A stretch of 63,985 bases of DNA, filler included, from Hausera hauseri (GCA_046269625.1; 12 parts of 12 records of this genome joined end to end with filler, not necessarily neighbours in it); one strand, 5' to 3'. Positions 12,686 to 26,635 are shown, numbered from the whole stretch's first letter. Numbers and translations are program-made. The notes: generated by a model from the sequence alone, not told the origin.

Positions 12686-13235
12686 AACACGCACGCATAA
12701 ATTCAATGCAGACAGATCAAATTACTGTGACAATTCTTTGTTATCTTTTTGTTTTGTATAAATAATGTATATTAATCGTTGTTTTTACCTTTTGTTTTAT
12801 TATCATTTAATTAATCTATTTAACATAATGTGACGAGAAGCAATATGAAAAACAAACAAAATCAATAAAATTTGTTAATCGTCATAAGCTAAAATCAAAA
12901 ACAAAGTAAGTCAAATCAGCGTAAACTCCCCAAGCTCCCATATTGGTGATTTAACGCCTTGCAGATCCTTGTATCCTTTCAACTTCAATGTTAGATAGTC
13001 CTTAGCTTATTCCGGTGGCAAAACTGCTTTTGCTGTTGCTGCTGCGGTTTCTCCACCGCCATGTGAACTGACAATTTTCGCTATATTTCCTTTGAGAAAA
13101 ATCGATGATGTATCTCGGATATCGTTACTCAACGCNNNNNNNNNNNNNNNNNNNNNNNNNNNNNNNNNNNNNNNNNNNNTTAATTAATTAANNNNNNNNN
13201 NNNNNNNNNNNNNNNNNNNNNNNNNNNNNNNNNNN

Positions 13236-16200
13236 TGAAGAACGTGAAGCGACAGAAACGGCTAGCCCGCCAGACTTAGACGTCCTGATGACAACGCAAC
13301 TAATAAACGGCATATGGTCTACAGATTTGGTCAAGCAACTAATTTTGGCACGACCAGACAATTTCGAGACGGCATTACAATTAGCTCAAAACTTAGAAAT
13401 GGCATTAGATAGATATACTAGACAGAATGAATGGTACAACCGAAATAATGATCGTGACAATAGGGATAGAAACAGGAACAATAGAAAATTTAACGAAAAT
13501 AATAAGGACCGAGGCTATGAGAATAGAGCTCAAAACGCCTCCAATTGCAACACACGATATGATAATAGGAACTTTAATGGCAATCGAAATACCTACCAAA
13601 GAGGTTATAATCCGAATAGAAATCAAAATAATGACAGAAGTCACAAGAATCAATATATAGAAATTCAAAGTTTTGGAAATAATGGAAATGATAAGCAGGC
13701 TCAGCTAGCTCAAGAAAAAACGATGGGTCGACCCAAATCGCCAGTAAATGAAGACGGAAGACAAAGGATCGGTCGAGACGGAAATCTAATTTTTTATTCG
13801 TGTGGTAAGGAAGGTCACATAGCTAGATTATGCCCTAACCCACGGAGTGTATCATTTGCGGAAACTAATAAAGCTAGTATGATAAAAGATAAATTGGAAG
13901 GAATCTACTGGAAACGAGATGACATAATCATGATTATCAATATGCAAGACGTACGAAGGTATGTAAGAAATATGGGCGAATCTAATAATACACAAGTAAT
14001 CAACGCTAGGAAGGAGTACGAAGAAAAGTTGCATCAAATGGAAGTTTATCATGCATTAAGAGAATTAAAAATCGAATACGAAAAGGCTATAGCTCCCAGG
14101 AATACTTATATGGCCAGAAAGAAAAACTTAAATCCAGTGAGAAAGCCAACTACGCCTCCGAGCGTAGATTTGAATGCAGATATCGATGTTGCACCTAAAG
14201 ATAAGGACAAGGTAATAGATGAGGTTAAAAGCGAATTCATTGGCCAACTGATACTGAAAATAATGAAAAATAGAGGTAAAAGCCTCTCTCTTAGGAGAAG
14301 GTCGAGAACTCGTTCACGATCACCCATCAAAAAGGATAAAGAAAAAGAGGAAGATTTCACTATCACTTTAAGAGATGAAACAAAGTTAGACACTCCTGTT
14401 AGAATACAAGACGCTCCGGAAATAACGAACATTTCGAACATTGATGAAATAAATGAAATATGTCCGTTATCATCCACTGAGTAGAAGTCAAAAGAGGAAG
14501 AGTCTATTAAATTTGCAAAGATCAGAAAATCTTTGAAAAATGCGAATGAGATAAAAGGAATAAGAGACACTGAACGATTCCGGAAGACTAACTGAGAGCT
14601 TACAAAAACTGCAGCAAATGAGCAAACAGTTGGATATTTCAAGAAAAGAACAACAATTTATAGAAAAGTTATATAAGAAATTTAAAACCGGCATGCAGAA
14701 AGGAAAAGAAGACATACAGCATGAACTGCACAAAACGCCGCAAGACTTGATAAAAACTTAGCAAAATAAATTAGAACTGTGGACAGCGAATGATATCGAT
14801 TTAACGAAAATATGGTGGAATAAAAGTGAACCGTTTCTCGATCAAATTAATCAAACTTAAGGATTGTTAAACACACTAAAGTGTAACCCAAAACTAAAAG
14901 GTGTAAAACGTAATTTAGAAGGATTGCTACACGAGATCAAAGAAGCAATATTCTCTTATCTTCATAATAAGCCCGTATACGAACTGACCGATGCCTACTT
15001 AAGGATATTGAATATAGCCCAAACGGACATTTTCTTTTTAATCAAAATGTGAAGCTTAATAAAGGATAAACCGTGAAGAAACTTAGATTTAATAACACGT
15101 ATTGAAAGAGAAAATGAAATAAGGGCCAAAATTAACGACTTAAGGATCGGTGTAGTCCACTCTAAAAATATAGAAGTACAAAGAATAATACGCGCTTGCC
15201 TTCTTGAACTAGATGAATATAAGGAAGAGTTCAACTACATGAAACAAATCATAGAATTTGTACGAGGACCAGATCATGAACTGAAAGAAGCTTCTGCAGC
15301 AATAGACAAGATAATATACGCGAAACTAACAATATCTAAACAATTGGAGAAGTGGATAGATTTGTTACCTTCCGTAGCCGAAGTGATTAACGAACGACTA
15401 AGGGAGTTCGCCGTGGTTGAGCCTATAATGAAACACCAATTAGAAGAAATGCTACTAGATGTCGGCACGATGGAAGACGAAGTAAAATTGCGGATTAAAT
15501 GCGAATCATTCCGAGAACTTGAATTTATGAACCAGGATCAAAACATGACAACGCTAACAGAAATGTATACTGTGATAGAAGAGAAAGATTTCTACAGAAA
15601 ACGAAACAAGTTAAGTGATCTTTAGCGAAGTTTAGTAAACATCCGTTGGGAAGGAATACAGAACCTAATACGGAAACCGTTAAAGGAAATCTCTGTACAG
15701 GAGATAGAAACATTAGAAGTATGTAATGATCACCGAATTGCTCTCGCACAAACACTGCAATATATACAGAATCCAGTCGAATGGTCACCAGGCTTTGACC
15801 TACATTGTCACTCCGAACTAACGGAAATCAGAAATTATTCACAACTGACGAGCGGCGACGCCAAATTCCTAAGTAGGCTGATGGATGTAATAGACTCACA
15901 CGCCGAAGAGTTAAATCAAACGTACAAATTAATCTCACTATAAACAGAAATGGCAGAAATTGATGAAGTAACAGCGAAAAGACTAACAAATCGAATACGT
16001 CTGATAAACGAAACCCGGTTACGCGCTGAGAAAAGACAACGTGAATTAAACGAATTACTAAGAGAAACAGAAACTTATAAGAACAAGTATTCCCTTACGG
16101 AATCAGAAATGAACGACAAAATGAAATTTGTACAAAGATGGAAGAGAGACAGAATCGCGGAAGTGAATAATTATCAAGAAAAAGCCTTGATACAACCAGA

Positions 16201-17397
16201 AGAAATGTGTCGATTAATAAAGCTGATACAACAAGTTTGCGGAAATAGTGACGGATTTAGGGTATCCATCATGGAAACTATACAGCCGCAATTAAGCGAA
16301 TTACGCGAAAGAGTCCAGGTCGGACATGCGGCACTAATGAACCACGAGTTACCTGACTCAGACAATGAAGCTGAATGGGATGAATATCTCCAAGGTCTAA
16401 CAGAGCAAACTAAAAAAACTCCAATACATATTTATGAATCACCAACTGGTATACAGAAAGCGAAATTCGATGTACAAATGCTACTCGATTCTACACTAGC
16501 TGAAAAGGAACTGAGTAGTATGTTGAAAGTAAACATAAGCAAAGATAAATTTAGGAAATTGATTCTAACCTTGACTAAACTATCCAGCCAAAATATCGCG
16601 TACAGTGCTGTACCTAAACTCTTAATAGGAGAATACGCTAAACTATTGAAAAATAAACCGAAAGCGCAAATTAAAGTGAAAGTATCGTCTGAAGGAATGG
16701 ATAACGAGGAATTTGAATGTACTACCTATACTACCGTTGGGGACATAAAACAACGGATAATAGATAAAAATAGCAGAGAAGGAGTCAATTACAGACTCTA
16801 TTTTAGAGGTAGGATATTAGATAAGCCAGAGTTCTTAATAGATGTAGGAATTATACCACTCGAAGCGAATCGGATGATAGCAATAATCGCGAGCGAACAA
16901 ACCAAAGATGAAGCCATGAGAAAGGCACATACAGAGCATTGTGTTGGAAAAATCATGGGGATTCAAGACGCCGCAATGTACTTTGAATACTTGCAGACGG
17001 GTAAAGACAAACTGCAATATGATAAAAATTTGGTCCCGCTGAGTGAAACCTTACCACCAGTAAAACCAAAACGGCCAGTCGGAAGACCAAGAAAAGTAAA
17101 AGAAGTAGACTATAATGCAGATCTGATTAGGGAACTAAGACAACTATCAGTACCCATTCCAAGTTTAGATAATGAAGAATTAATCGAGTTAATGAAAGAT
17201 TTAATAAGAATAGTCGGACTACAAGGTGACATACTATCCGAGTAAGAAAGACTAATATATAATATAGCACGGACCATGAAAACTTCGCGATTCAAATTAC
17301 CTAAAAGCACCCTCCCTGAGGAAACAGTGATTGACAGAATTATGACAGACAATACGACGGAAGAATTAAGGAAAGTCTTGATATATTTGGCGGTGAG
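13236..17397 (+). pseudogene. Giant Gag-like ORF of an LTR retrotransposon (interrupted), with degenerate zinc knuckle, helical extension, ubiquitin-like domain and AT-hook
   Basis: QLINGI...RPDNFETALQLAQNLE capsid C-terminus; (C>F)YSCGKEGHIARLC at 13792-13833; ORFs 13288-14484, 15239-15625 and 15950-17245 are all on +; no protease/RT motif. Confidence 0.7.
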
Positions 17398-17497
17398 NNN
17401 NNNNNNNNNNNNNNNNNNNNNNNNNNNNNNNNNNNNNNNNNTTAATTAATTAANNNNNNNNNNNNNNNNNNNNNNNNNNNNNNNNNNNNNNNNNNNN

Positions 17498-20400
17498 CAT
17501 TATACAGAAATTTTTACTACGGTGACAAATGCGATATTGCCAACTGCGTGGCACCTATTACTAATAGCACAGCTGCCAAAATCATCTTCAACACAAACAT
17601 CCTGCACCAAATACCACCCAATAACAACACCTCGTTTATAACTCATACCTCAACTGCATCCAGTCACGATGCATCGACACCATCGGATAATTTTTCATCG
17701 TTGCCTTCTGATCTACAACGATACATTTCGTCTTCCTGCACGCGTCTGTTGCAGAAGGGCAAATCATTCGCACCATCTCAATCCACCTTTCATCACATAG
17801 TAACAGCACATCAAAGACCAATACGTCAAAAGGTGCCCCCGCTATGGCCTCGTCGAAGACAGGCAGTGGAGGCTGAGTTTCTCGACCTTGAAAAATCAGG
17901 CATAATCAAAAGATCTAAATCCCCCTGGTCTTCACCATTGCATGTGGTTCAAAAAAGATGGTACCTTTCCCCCATGCGATGATTATCGCCAACTCAACAC
18001 CATAACAACAATAGATGCCTACCCTCTACCATTAATCAACGATATCCTTCACAGGCTCCATTGTTCGACCATCTTTTCCTTAATTGATTTGTACAAAGCA
18101 TACCACCAAATTCCGGTGGTCCCAGCAGACATTCCGAAAACGGCTGTTATTACACCTTTCGGCCTTTTTGAATACTTCATTATGCCTTTTGGACTCCGTA
18201 GCGCTTCTCAGACCTTCCAAACGCATATAGATACAGTCCTATCAGGCTTAGACTTCGCCTATCCCTATATTGGTGATATCATAATTGCATCATCTTCCTC
18301 CATACAACACTGTGAACACTTGAGTCTAATCTTCCAGCGTTTGCACCAAAACAACTTGCAAATCAACTTTTCCAAATTCTTTTTTTTCTCAATACAAGGT
18401 CAATTTCCTAGGACATGTTATTAGCTCCTCCGGACATTCACCTCCGCCAGACCGCATTACACAACTCAAAAACATACAACTACCACGTACATCCACAGAG
18501 ATGCGTTCTTTCCTTGGAACTTTGCATTTTATTCATAAGTACTTTCTACATTGCTCTACTCTAACCGCTCCATTTGCATCACTAAGCTCTGGCAAGAAGA
18601 AACAGCCTATTCAATGGACCGCCAATTTAGTCAATGCCTTCGATTGCCTCAAAGACAATTTAAAAACTGTGGAAATCTTGGCCTATCTAGACTCCCATGC
18701 AGAACTTTTCTTAACCATCGACGCATCCACAACAGCTGCAGGTGCTGTCCTTTATCAAGCCAAAAATGGATTTTATAAACCAATGGAATTCTTTTCTGGA
18801 AAATTCACAGCACAAGAGCAAAGATATTCTACCTTTGACCGCGAGTTGCTTGCAATGGTCTTTGACGTAAAACACTTCAAACATTTGCTAACTGCACGAA
18901 CTTTCACAGTACAAACGGACCATAAACCCTTGCTCCAAATTCTCACCATAAAATCGCCTTTATGTCAGGAGAGGCAAATATCGTATTTGTCACCATTTAA
19001 TTTTCAAATTAAGCATTTAAACGGAGTCGACAATTTAGTAGCTGACTTTTTGTCCCGATCGGTCAGCTCGATTGATTTTACATCAATTAACCCTCAGTCT
19101 AAACTTCAACAAAACCAGCCACCTCCTGACATCCTTAAATCTTTTAAATCGGGCAAAATCACTGACAGTGTGGCTTTTGACACCTCCAAACCTAATAATT
19201 CTAAAGTCATCCTTTCTGAATCGCTTCAAAAAGAAGCATTGAACAACATCCATTCGTGGCACAATCCTGGTGCCAAGGCCACTTTTCGACTCTTACAACG
19301 CTAAGTAGTATGGCCGTCTATGCGCTCTGACGTGCAGGCATGAGTTAGGCAGTGTGTGGCATGCCAAAATTACAAAGTTATTAAGCACTTAAAGCCACCA
19401 CTATATCATTTTCCCTGCACGTCTCGTTTTAAATCTGTTCACATTGACTTTGTAGGCCCACTACCATTAGACAACGGTCATCAGTTCATCCTCACAATGA
19501 TAGACCGTTCCTCGCGATGACCAGAGGCTGTCCCGCTTCGGAGCACCAACACAGAAACAATCGCAGACGTTTTCTTCCGCACTTGGATCAGCAAGTTTGG
19601 ACCAACTCACCACATCATTTCGGACCAAGGCTCACAGTTCGAATCCGACTTGTTTAAAGCTCTTGTCAATCGATTGGGAATTACTCACATTCACACGTCA
19701 CCATATCATACTCAATCGAAAGTCCTTCTTGAACGCTTACACCGAACGATGAAAACGTCTCTCAAAATCCTCGATGAGTCCAATAGCAGTTGGACTACAC
19801 TCTTTCCGTAGCATCTACTTCTACAGGCTGTTCACCTGCAGAAGCATTATTTGGTACATCTATCAGACCATTATTCTAGCTGGCTGAACTGGACAATATT
19901 CCTACAGACCAAACCGTACAAGCGGCCCAGAGACATTTCGTTGCGATTAGCAAAAACTCATTTTGTAGACCATTACACGGAAATAAACCTCACATATCCG
20001 ACGATTTGTATACTGCCAAGTTCGTTTAGCTAACAAATCAGACGCCGTGTGGTTTTCAACCTCAGTATGTTGGCCCTTACAAAGTAATTCGTTTACACTC
20101 TAACAAAATCGTCATTCTCAAGGACGACAAAAAAGTAACAGTTCACATCAACAACGTTAAGCGGGCTTTCTTCATTGACGATACGTCTCCCATCAAAACC
20201 ACTTCTCCATCAAAATTTTTGCACGACGTGCAGCAATCCAACAATTCATCTTCCATCTCTTCCTCAATTCTTTAACCCACTTTCCCCTACGTTTTCTCCC
20301 AAGACTTCTACTTCAATTTTTTCTGACAGTTCAGCCTCTTTTTCCCCATCCGATTTTGCACCTTCAAGCATTTTCACTCATCCTTCATCCCCTGGTTACA

Positions 20401-21110
20401 ATCTGCTTTCTCCTTTTACAAGACCTCCTCCGCCAAACACCACTTCGACTTAACCAATCTCTCCATCTTCTTGCACTCTTTCGTTTTGTCCCTCTTCTCC
20501 GTCTTTTCTCTATCTATCTTTTTCATTCCAAAACTTCCTCATATTCGGCGCTCGCATCCTCCCTCTCCCCTCACACATCGTCTTTTACTCCTTTCATCTC
20601 CGCTTCGCAACTTCCTTCTCTCTCTACTCCTATCCCTATTTCTCGTTCTCTGTCTAACACTACCTCAGTTTAATCTACTTTTACGCTTTCACCTAACACA
20701 ATTTCAATTTCTACGCCTCCTTTCGTCTCTCCTCCTTCATTTTCCACTACACTTCTTTGCAGTCCTTTGTCTTCCAACACTCTCTTCAACACTTTTAACT
20801 GTCTGTCTCCAACGACCTCTCTTCCTCCTTCACCTTCTTCTTCTCTTTATTCCGACTCATCTTCGCACGACACAGCACTCACACCAAAATCCGACAATGC
20901 TTTCCCCAACTTCAAACTCTGTATGCAAACATATCGCATAAAGAAAAAACACGCAGAGTCACATTTAGCAAGTATAGCAGAAAAAAATCACGAAAAGGCA
21001 CCCAACGTCTTTTTTACACTAAGACCAACTGACACATACACTTTTTCGTTTAGCGCTTGTTTCTTTCGTTTGTTTTAAACTTTATAGTTTTCACCTTGCC
21101 ACGGAAGTGA
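17498..21110 (+). mobile_element. pol: Degenerate Ty3/gypsy retrotransposon: gag end, RT, RNase H, integrase, Ser/Pro-rich 3' region
   Basis: SPWSSPLHVV, DYRQLN, IDLYKAYHQI, MPFGL, YIGDII (mutated YxDD), DAS...YSTFDRELLA, TDHKPL, VHIDFVGPLP, SDQGSQFES, YVGPYKV; protease not found. Confidence 0.92.
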
Positions 21111-21210
21111 TGTGGTGCCCACAGCGGCCGGTGTCCTTTGGCCTATTTGGTCGGACTCGGCCCGGCATCCGTCGCCGCCGCGTTGGGTCCATAGTTGGAC
21201 CCGATCTTCC
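21111..21210 (+). repeat. Start of 3' LTR (TGTGGTGCC...)
   Basis: Context TGCCACGG..AGTGA|TGTGGTGCC is shared with 28220-28249, where the polypurine tract is intact. Confidence 0.65.
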
Positions 21211-21376
21211 GCCTCGAAAATTTCTGTGGAACAATTCAGATTCTGGTGACAGACAACGCTCAAGAAATTATGGCTTTATACTATTGCTACGTTTGCGAAA
21301 ATATCTTTGAATTCAAACGGCTAATAAAAGGAAACAATTCGCTTTTAACATCGGATTTACCACGCAATCAATTCTT

Positions 21377-21991
21377 TTGATGGAAGCTGCGACCACTGAC
21401 CGTCTTTCCGCGGAAAATGTTGTGTATCATTGGTTACAAAAGAATCCAAAAATATACGATTTAGCTCAAAGCTTATTGGAGTTAGAATTAGAAAGGCCTT
21501 TAAGACGATTAGAAAAGTACAAGAACTGCGTCAAAGAAAAGAGATATGAATATTATATGGCAGAAATCGAAGACAAAAAGAAGCAAACAAATTTACACGA
21601 TATTAGTGTTTTATGCCTCGAGGAAAGTCCTTATCTACATCACGGAAGCCAAAATAATTTAGTGTTACAAACACAGGTATTTAATTCGTCCACTTCAACA
21701 TCAACTATAGATCAAGTAATACCAGAAGCTGAATCAATTAATGTTGAAATTCATACTCCATCAATGGCACGAAGTCTTAAACAATTGTCGAACTCGAATG
21801 TTATTCCAAGAGAAACGTTTGAGAATGATCCTAAGTTTACTAGTTTAGTATTGTTTGCAACAATTTTAAATTTAAAATCATACAAGTTTTATCATGACGA
21901 AATTGATAAAACTCAATCTTCAGAAAGATTTCAGATGTACAAATATTGTGGTGAATTTGAAAGAGTTATTCATGGATTAAAGTTCCTTTGA
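21377..21991 (+). CDS. Hypothetical 204-aa protein (probably a fragment of a longer disrupted ORF from ~21200)
   Basis: Open frame with protein-like composition; no motif recognised. Confidence 0.3.
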   Translation: MMEAATTDRLSAENVVYHWLQKNPKIYDLAQSLLELELERPLRRLEKYKNCVKEKRYEYYMAEIEDKKKQTNLHDISVLCLEESPYLHHGSQNNLVLQTQVFNSSTSTSTIDQVIPEAESINVEIHTPSMARSLKQLSNSNVIPRETFENDPKFTSLVLFATILNLKSYKFYHDEIDKTQSSERFQMYKYCGEFERVIHGLKFL

Positions 21992-22379
21992 AATTGGTTT
22001 AAAAATCGTCAAGTTACAGCGGAAACTTTACAATATTATATGGCCTGAAACACCATTACGATTCCACCGATTCCCAGTTCTTTCGGGATTTCTTCTCACC
22101 AGTGACTATTTGCTTCTTTATCATTCCGGTATCGAATACCAACCATTAAGCGAAATTCTCCATTTAACTTACCGAACTGGTTCGCAACAATCTCAGCAAT
22201 TGTTGATATTGCAGTAGTAGCAAAATGCCGGTCCTGGTTCATCCCCTGCAGCCAATCGGAAGCATGTTTGATGCGCACANNNNNNNNNNNNNNNNNNNNN
22301 NNNNNNNNNNNNNNNNNNNNNNNTTAATTAATTAANNNNNNNNNNNNNNNNNNNNNNNNNNNNNNNNNNNNNNNNNNNN

Positions 22380-22810
22380 CAATTCATCCTAAAAGTAGAG
22401 AAAAATAATCTAAGTCCTTCTAAAATAATCTAAGATTCCACTATTTTATCCCAAAAAAGTCGTCAAATTTTTTCTAAGTCCCCACATTTCAACCGACAAA
22501 AATATTCTAAGTCCCACAATTCATCCTAAAAGTCGACACATTTTTTCTAAGTCCGGAAACCGAAACCAAAACTGTTGCCACCGTATTTTTATGAAACTTT
22601 TTCATCCAGCAAAAAACACCTCAACTCCACATCCAGCAACAAACAACTCAACATTCAGCAACAAACACCTCAACTCCACATCCAGCAAAAAACAACTCAA
22701 CTCAACATTCAGCAACAAACAACTCAACTCGGCCTGTGACGTCATCACGGCCACGCCCCCTTGTGACGTCATCACGGCCACGCCCCCTTGTGACGTCATC
22801 ACGCGCCAGC
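22380..22810. repeat. Tandem repeat cluster: CTAAGTCC-type units, ~30-nt CAACTCCACATCCAGCAA units, and 3 TGTGACGTCATCACG units
   Basis: Visible directly at 22400-22560, 22605-22730 and 22735-22804. Confidence 0.85.
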
Positions 22811-24779
22811 GCGTGTGCCCTCGGGCGCCTCACATAGGAACCTACTTACTACTGACGTGTTTCCTCTCGCTCCGCAGTTTTTGCCCTGCCCTGCAGTCAT
22901 TTTTGAAGCCAGTTTTTTGTGAGTTGCACCGTTACAATCGCCTTGTTTTTCTCTATCAGCTGATATAACTCTCTTCTCATTAAGATGCCTACATCATTGG
23001 CTAAAGTACTAATTAGTGGAACTTCATGTTAAATCTTGAATTAGAACAACTACAGCTTTATTCGAACGGCGAAAACCTCTCAATTGGAAACCGGAACATG
23101 CCACTTCTTCAAGGGCTCCTACGAAAACTATCTATTATATTTTCAAGAATCAACGTTCTCCAGATGCGGAAAATTCGCCCCAAGCGAATGGTACTACTCA
23201 TTAACAGATAAGTCAATTAACTCCTAATTAAATTGAGTTTTTCTAATATCACGTGACTGTTCAGTAAATCTGGCTATTACTCGTCACCCAGCTAACTATT
23301 GTTTTTGAAATTCTACATGGCAGTCTGTACTTTCCAACTACAGCCTTTACTAAATTTGTGAGTTCCTACTTTAATTATCTGTTTTATAATTAACGCTTTT
23401 CCATTTCCCGCCAAAAACTGCAATTAACAAAAGTGAATTTTTCACCTGAAACTTCTTTTGAATGAATTAAATATGCTTAAGAAGAATTGCCAGATACTGA
23501 TGCAAGCTTATCTTCTCAAATTAATAACTAAATAACTAATTGCTCAATTTTGATGGAACTTGAACCAACTAATGGAGAAAATTAGCCCGCACTCCTCATA
23601 TTAATTTGAACTGGCTGGCTTAATTAACAGCTAAGTGATTAGAGTGTTTAAGAAATCACGTGACTTTGTCTTGTATCTGAATAATGGAACAAATCGTTGG
23701 AATTTCAAGTTCTGAAAGATCTTCAGCTATCCCCCCTCTTGGAACGTTATTCAACTCGACTTCTACATTTGTGCATTTAAAACTTTTATAACCTCTCAAA
23801 TTCTCAACAGAACTTTTCCAGTTTTGAACTACATATCATAAAAAATCGCCTTTTCTTGCCATAAAATTTCCAAGCAGCTGGCTAAATTTCCTCTGGAGTT
23901 TTTCAACAAAATAATAAATCACGTGACTAATAACATTTCTTCACAGGACTCAAAATGGCGTATCTTCGTTAATTTTCTATACCTCCTCTTTGATCTAACC
24001 CACCTTAAATAAGGTAAAATCTTTAATAATTGTTTCTTTTATTTACTGATCTTAATTATAGTCGCCATTTTCTTTCTTATAATGATTCTTCTATGTTATT
24101 GTATTTATTATGGTCACTTTCTGCTATTTGGACTCTATTAGTACTCAGAGTACCAGAGCGCATAGCCAAAAGTTTATTGCAATTCTAGTGTTTTTTTTTA
24201 TCATGTGTCTATTTAGTGCTACTCATGTTAATGTCAATTCTTATAATGATGTCTTTAAAGTATATTTAATATTCCTTATAATTTTAACGTTAAAAAGGAC
24301 TCTGATAGTACTTCAGTACTTGAGCTTTTTAGCTCGTTTTATATCATTAGCTAGCTGTCATATTGCCTTTCACTAATTATTAATTTAGTTTACCTCTACT
24401 TAACGAGGCCAAGCTCCCGTTTTGTTTATCAAGGAATCTTTCCCTTTCTCTCTTCTTATACAGGCACCGCCATTATGCTTCCCCTTTATAAAATTGCAAT
24501 TTCCGACTCTTGGCCTAGCAGCCATTCTGTTTCTCAAGGTGTTTACCCTTAACTTTATTACAGCAACCATCTTGTTAACGGCTAATGTTGTAACTTTTTT
24601 GTAAATATTAAGTTTATTTTTAAGTGTTTTTTATGTGGTTTTGTGCTATCTTAGACTCCCCAACGTACTCTGTACGAGAGCATCATGGCCTGGAAAATTT
24701 TTTCCAATTTTACTATATAGCAACTTGTATTTGAATATTCCTTATGACTATATGTTTCTTTTGGTGGACTGTATTCTTT

Positions 24780-26030
24780 AACACGTGACTAAGAGTTACT
24801 TGGAGTGGATCTGGATGGCGTCATGGTTGTAGGCTTTTCCCTTTTTACGCCTTGATAACTCTCTCTCCCTTTCATTTTTGTGGTAGCCAACCATTCCTTG
24901 TGGGGTGGTTCTGGTTGGCGTTGTCTCTTACCTTTCATAACAAGTTTATTATTTACACTTTTACTTGCCCTTACTTGTTGTGGCCATCCTTTTCTTGGGG
25001 GGTGGTTCTGGATGGCGACGTGGCTGTTGGCATTTTCCATCTTATTATTAGCTGAATAGTGGTGGCCATCCATTTCTTAACTGCTCGTGACTATAGTCTT
25101 TTATTTTGTTATGCTTATATTATTATTCAATTACTGTATTTTTCTTTACTATTTGTCCCCTTGGTATTACAAAGTAGTGGCACTTTTTTTAACCTTTTTT
25201 ATTTACAAGTGCTTGTCCCCCTAGTTGAACTTTCATAATCGTTTAACCTTTTTAAGCAACAAAATCTCCTTTCTCTTGACAATGCTCGGCGCCATACTAT
25301 TTCCAAGGGGGTACACTTTACCTTTTATGCAATTGTTATTGATTCTAAAATGTTTTATTGTATGCAAGTATTATAATTGTCTTCTTTATAAATGTCATTC
25401 CTTATTAGTCATTTAATATTGATAGTATTCACTATGGACGACTTATTCCTTTGAATAGTCTACGATACTATGGACTCCTAAAAATACTTTTGTATTGGAG
25501 CTAATTAGCTAGTACTTTATTATTATTTGCTTATCTTCTATTGTATTTATAGGTTTATTTTTACCTAATTATCTTGTATACTTTAAAACGTGTCTAAGAG
25601 TTACTTGGAGTGGATCTGGATGGCGGCATGGTTGTAGGCTTAACCCTCTTTATACCATAATAACCCTCTCTTTTTAACCTGCATTAATAGTTGTGGCCAA
25701 CCAGTTCTTGTGGGGTGGCTCTGGTTGGCGACGTGGCTGCAGGCTCTAACTTTTTATTACAAGTTTTTAATTGCCTTACTTGTAGTGGCCAGCCTTTTCT
25801 TGTGGGGTGGATCTGGTTGGCGACGTGGTTGTAGGACTTTTCAATCTTATTACTAGCTGAATTGTGTGGCCATCCATTTCTTAACCGCTTGTGACTATAG
25901 TATTTTATATTGTCTTGCTTGTATTACTATTAAATAACTGTATCTTTTTTATATATTTACTATTTATCCTCCTAGTGTATTAAAGTAGTGGCACTCTTTA
26001 ACCTCTTTCCTTTTCAAGTGCTCTAAGACT
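24780..26030. repeat. Diverged direct duplication (~430 nt, offset ~805 nt)
   Basis: CTAAGAGTTACTTGGAGTGGATCTGGATGGCG at ~24789 and ~25594, collinear through AAAGTAGTGGCACT. Confidence 0.85.
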
Positions 26031-26635
26031 TCTCTTAACTAGGGCACATATTATTGCTTTTCATGTAAATTGTTTATCCCTCTTAAACTTACTATTATTA
26101 TTCCTCTTTGTTAATGCACCCATGTTTACCTTCTTATTATCAAGTTTCATCTCGGCGCTGCTGCTTTTTTGTTTATAATTGTGAGTTTTTTTCAAAAAAC
26201 ATACTATTGACCTTATAAACAGCAAAACACATCTAATTTTTCACTTTGTGTTTCACCTCTTTAAATTAGCTTCCTGAGAACGTCCAACAAAATCACACCA
26301 ACGGTCTTATGGCATCTTCCTTTCCCTGAACATCTGTTTCCTCTTAATTTAAAGCGTTTCCCTTTGGAAGCAACTTTTGGCATAATTGAAATTCCTTTTA
26401 CTTACTAAAAATTATGCATTCTCCAACATTATACAACACTTTGCTATTTAATTACATTTCGAGAGTATAACACATGCCCACCATCTTAATTCCTTAGTAT
26501 ACTCTCAATCCCCTTTTTACTTAAGGACTTATATAAAACATCAACTTAATTACATTTCACTTTCTACCCACTGATTTGAGCCACTGATTAGCCACTGATT
26601 TAGCCACTGATTGGCCACTGTTTTGAGGAGACAAA

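Noticed and set aside
14106-14642. Antisense ORFs over gag/pPolB regions (also 49003-49338, 52620-53072)
   Set aside because: Shadow frames opposite recognised coding sequence.
20175-21078. env or extra ORFs after integrase
   Set aside because: C/T-rich low-complexity sequence that is open in several frames simply from lack of stops; no signal peptide or fusion motifs.
22591-22968. 125-aa ORF
   Set aside because: Mostly translated tandem repeats.
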